Program-made: the position numbers and the translations under genes | Notes under the pieces: generated by a model | Database searches by the model: none | The model's input: the letters and a program-made list of their open reading frames with translations, nothing else | Told to the model about the DNA's origin: nothing | Origin: Alphaproteobacteria bacterium | GTDB lineage: Bacteria > Pseudomonadota > Alphaproteobacteria > UBA828 | Reading direction: 5' to 3' | NCBI GenBank assembly: GCA_963422645.2 | Contig: CAXXVO010000007.1 | Location: 288,001 to 352,000 of the forward strand | Length of the DNA: 64,000 bases | Part shown: piece by piece, positions 61,263 to 64,000 of the stretch | Numbering within the stretch: position 1 is the first letter of the stretch | Layout: every line of letters begins with the position of its first letter

Positions 61263-62763
61263 GACCGGCCTCCCTCAGGCTGTCGTAGCGCTGACAGTCG
61301 GCTACCGGCTTGTGGCGAAGCTGCAGGCCCTCGGGCGTCGGGATGATTGCCGGCGGTGCCGGCTGGCGCTGCCGGGCGAGGATGTTGAGCACCACGTCGG
61401 CGCTGCAGGCACCGCAGTCGAGCGTCTCGGCACAGGCCGCCTCAACCGCCTCCAGTCCGTCCTCCAGCACCGCCGCGAGCACCTTGACGAACTGCCGGTC
61501 GCCGTCGTCGTGGCCCGCGAGCCGGGTTCGCAGGCGGCCGAGCGCGTTGGGCAACTGCCAGTCCTTGAAGGGCGCGCCATTGCGTAGCGCGCCGGGCTTC
61601 CGCGTCAGGATCGGCACGTAATGCCACGGATCGTAGACGAACCGGCCGCGCCCGAAGCTGCGGGGGTGCTCGGCAACGGTCTCGCCGTCCTGGCGGATGA
61701 CGATCCGATCGGCATAGGCCCGCACGTCCACCGGCCGGCCGACGGCGCGGGCCGCGACGCTGTACTGGTTGTTGTCGAAGCGCACCAGACAGGTCTTCGA
61801 GACCGACACCTCGCTGGCATGGAAGCCGTCGAAGGGGCCGCGATACGCCATCAGGAAGGGCTGCTCCTCCTCGAACACCTGCCACACCGTCTTGCCCGGG
61901 ATTGTCGGATGCGGATGCTTCTTGGCGTCCTCGATGCACCGATCCATCAGCCACTCGTTGATCTCGGCGTAGGAGCGGCCCCGCGGGATGGGCACGAACA
62001 GGCGGCCGCGAAGGTCACCCACCTGCTTCTCGACCTGCCCCTTCTCCCAGCCAGCCCCTGGCGTGCACGCCACAGGCTCCACCAGATGGTGCGAGCACAG
62101 CTCCTGGAAGCGGCGGTTGTAGTCCCGCTTCTTGCCCACGAAGATCGTGCTCACCGCCGTCTTCATGTTGTCGTAGATGCCCCGCCGGCAGACCCCGCCG
62201 AAGAAGCGGAAGGCACGCTCGTGCGCCTCGAAGACCATCTCCTGGCTCTCGCGGGGAAAGATCTGGACCAGATACATCCGGCTGTGGCACAGCCGCATGT
62301 GCGCCGCCTTCACCCTGGTCGTCGCGCCCGACAGACGCGCGTACTCGTGGCTCCAGTCGAACTGGTAGGCCTCGCCGGGATCGAAGATCAGCGGCACATA
62401 GGCCTGCGCCGGCGACAACAGCCGCCACCGGCGCCGCCAGGCCCTGGCATAGCGGCGAACCGCGTCATAGCCGCCCTTGTAGCCCAGCGACACAAGGTCT
62501 TCATGAATCCGCAGAAGAGACAGCCGATCCTTGCGTGCCTTCTTCTCGTTGGCCTTCAGCTGGCGCTCAAGCTCCTCCACCCACAGCCCAAGCTTCGGCA
62601 TCGGCTGGATCTTGCGCTCGTAGCTGTGCGAGGTCGCATCGCCCCGCACCACCTTGCGTATCGTGTTCTTGGAAACCCTCAAATCCCGGGCGAGCTTCTT
62701 GATCGGAACGCCCTTCACCAGATGATCCCGACGGATCTTCGCGATCGTTTCCACAACCAGCAT
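61249..62763 (-). CDS. istA: IS21 transposase
   Basis: [37 protein letters not shown]. Confidence 0.96.
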   Translation of the reverse strand: MLVVETIAKIRRDHLVKGVPIKKLARDLRVSKNTIRKVVRGDATSHSYERKIQPMPKLGLWVEELERQLKANEKKARKDRLSLLRIHEDLVSLGYKGGYDAVRRYARAWRRRWRLLSPAQAYVPLIFDPGEAYQFDWSHEYARLSGATTRVKAAHMRLCHSRMYLVQIFPRESQEMVFEAHERAFRFFGGVCRRGIYDNMKTAVSTIFVGKKRDYNRRFQELCSHHLVEPVACTPGAGWEKGQVEKQVGDLRGRLFVPIPRGRSYAEINEWLMDRCIEDAKKHPHPTIPGKTVWQVFEEEQPFLMAYRGPFDGFHASEVSVSKTCLVRFDNNQYSVAARAVGRPVDVRAYADRIVIRQDGETVAEHPRSFGRGRFVYDPWHYVPILTRKPGALRNGAPFKDWQLPNALGRLRTRLAGHDDGDRQFVKVLAAVLEDGLEAVEAACAETLDCGACSADVVLNILARQRQPAPPAIIPTPEGLQLRHKPVADCQRYDSLREAGHGAS

Positions 62764-62883
62764 CTCCCCCACCACCCCGTCCGTCCAAACGACGAGGTGT
62801 GTTCATGGACACAAATCCAAGGGGGTCAATTTTGGACGCCGATCACCCCCAATAGGGGGTCACTTTTCCACGCTTAACAACAG

Positions 62884-63171
62884 CCCGCGCGCGCGGCCGG
62901 CCTGGCGGCGCGCGAATCGCAGGTCGCCGCACTCGGGGGAGAGCACGCCCGGCCTCTCGCGCCCGCCGAGACGCCCCGCGAGGGCGACGGCGTGCTGATG
63001 CACGCGGCCGGGCGGCGGCGGCGCATCGGCCACCATATCGGCCTCTGGTGCCGCATCGCGGGCGAGCCCTGCGTGCTGCACTGCGCGGAGGGCGCGGGCA
63101 CGATCGTGCACCCGATCCGCGAGCTGCCGCTGCGCGGCCTCGCGCTCGAGGGGGTCTACCGGTGGCTGTGA
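62884..63171 (+). pseudogene. 3' part of a phage NlpC/P60-type tail assembly gene, truncated by IS21
   Basis: PREGDGVLM...GHHIGLWC...VLHC...EGVYRWL* (my translation; not in the ORF track). Confidence 0.7.
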
Positions 63172-64000
63172 CCCCGCCGGCGAGGGAACAGGGAAGAACC
63201 CCGCTCACCCTCTCCGCGTGGCCGCACCCGCTGACCGCCGAGGGCTGCGAGACCCGCCGCGTCGCGGTGCGCCCCGGCCAGACCCTCGAGGGCCTGGCGC
63301 GGGAGGAGGCGCGCCGCCTCGGCCTCGACATCGACCGTGTCGAGATCGCGCTCAACGGCCTGTCCGTCGCCCGCGCGGCCTGGGCCGCGACGCCGCTCGG
63401 CGCCGGCGACCTCGTCATCCTCCGCGCGGTGGCGGGCAACTCCGGCCTCCTGCGCATCCTCGGCACCATCCTGATCGTCGCCGCCGCCGCCTATATTCCG
63501 GGCGCGCTCGGCCTCACGGGCTGGGCCGCGACAGCCGCCAGCGCGGGCATCTATCTCGTCGGCGGCCTCGTGCTCAACGCTCTCGTACCCCCCGAGCTGC
63601 CGGGCGCGGAGGGCGGGGAGCAGCCCACGCCGGTCTACTCGCTCGGCGGCGGGGCGAACCGGGCCAGGCTCTACGAGCCGTTGCCGCTGGTGCTCGGCCG
63701 GCACCGCATGTTCCCCGACCTCGGCGCGGCGGAGCACACCGAGTACAGGGGCGGCGATCAGTATCTCGCCTCTCTCTTCAACTTCGGCCTCGGCGACCTG
63801 GAGGTCTCCGACCTGCGCATCGGGCCGACGCCGCTCTCGAGCTACGAGGGCGCGGGCGCGGACGGCGCGGTCGAAACCGAGTGGGCGGGCGCGGACGGCG
63901 CGATCGGCCTGGTGCCGGGCAACGTCGATACCGTCCACGGCGCCGCACTGGAGGGCACCGGCTGGGTCGAGCGCGTGGCGAAGGACACCGGCCGCATCGC
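63168..64000 (+). CDS. Phage tail tip/host-specificity protein J-like (runs off window end)
   Basis: GTG overlaps upstream TGA; ubiquitin-like N-terminus, hydrophobic stretch, YSLGGGANRARLYEPLPLVLGRHRMFPDL, GDQYL...LRIGPTPL. Confidence 0.82.
   Translation, partial: MTPPAREQGRTPLTLSAWPHPLTAEGCETRRVAVRPGQTLEGLAREEARRLGLDIDRVEIALNGLSVARAAWAATPLGAGDLVILRAVAGNSGLLRILGTILIVAAAAYIPGALGLTGWAATAASAGIYLVGGLVLNALVPPELPGAEGGEQPTPVYSLGGGANRARLYEPLPLVLGRHRMFPDLGAAEHTEYRGGDQYLASLFNFGLGDLEVSDLRIGPTPLSSYEGAGADGAVETEWAGADGAIGLVPGNVDTVHGAALEGTGWVERVAKDTGRI

Larger units (their letters stand above)
60332..62882 (-). mobile_element. IS21-family element (2551 bp), no TSD
   Basis: TGT...ACA ends with repeated (AAT)TGACCCC motifs; istAB genes. 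Confidence 0.93.

Overview
High-GC alphaproteobacterial chromosomal window. The taxon is inferred from the rluA-ATP12, rpoZ-spoT, gltA and trxB-LysR gene set; the heavy IS load and many broken genes suggest a host-associated lineage. Core and catabolic genes alternate with three heavily nested mobile-element zones (about 17.6-24.3 kb, 29.5-36.6 kb and 54.2-64 kb). Highlights: (1) an arsenite-oxidase/iodate-reductase-family molybdoenzyme operon in the order peroxidase-peroxidase-Rieske-catalytic-HEAT, behind an FNR-like box; (2) remnants of a Mu-like transposable prophage, recognised from both ends, with a QueC-like PP-loop gene at the position where Mu carries mom; (3) three copies of a 2515-bp IS I cannot assign to a family, with 17-bp perfect TIRs, two of them forming a head-to-tail dimer with a 3-bp spacer and all sharing one frameshift; (4) an IS66-family element carrying a translationally coupled DNA adenine methyltransferase; (5) a candidate sRNA downstream of trxB-LysR, the position of the AbcR sRNAs in rhizobia; (6) a 121-bp subtilisin active-site fragment inserted inside an EamA gene; (7) a small locus that looks antisense-regulated, with convergent promoters and a sequestered RBS. 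I saw no rRNA, tRNA or CRISPR array. Several single-base frameshifts could be sequencing errors. All calls come from motif recognition; no database search was run.
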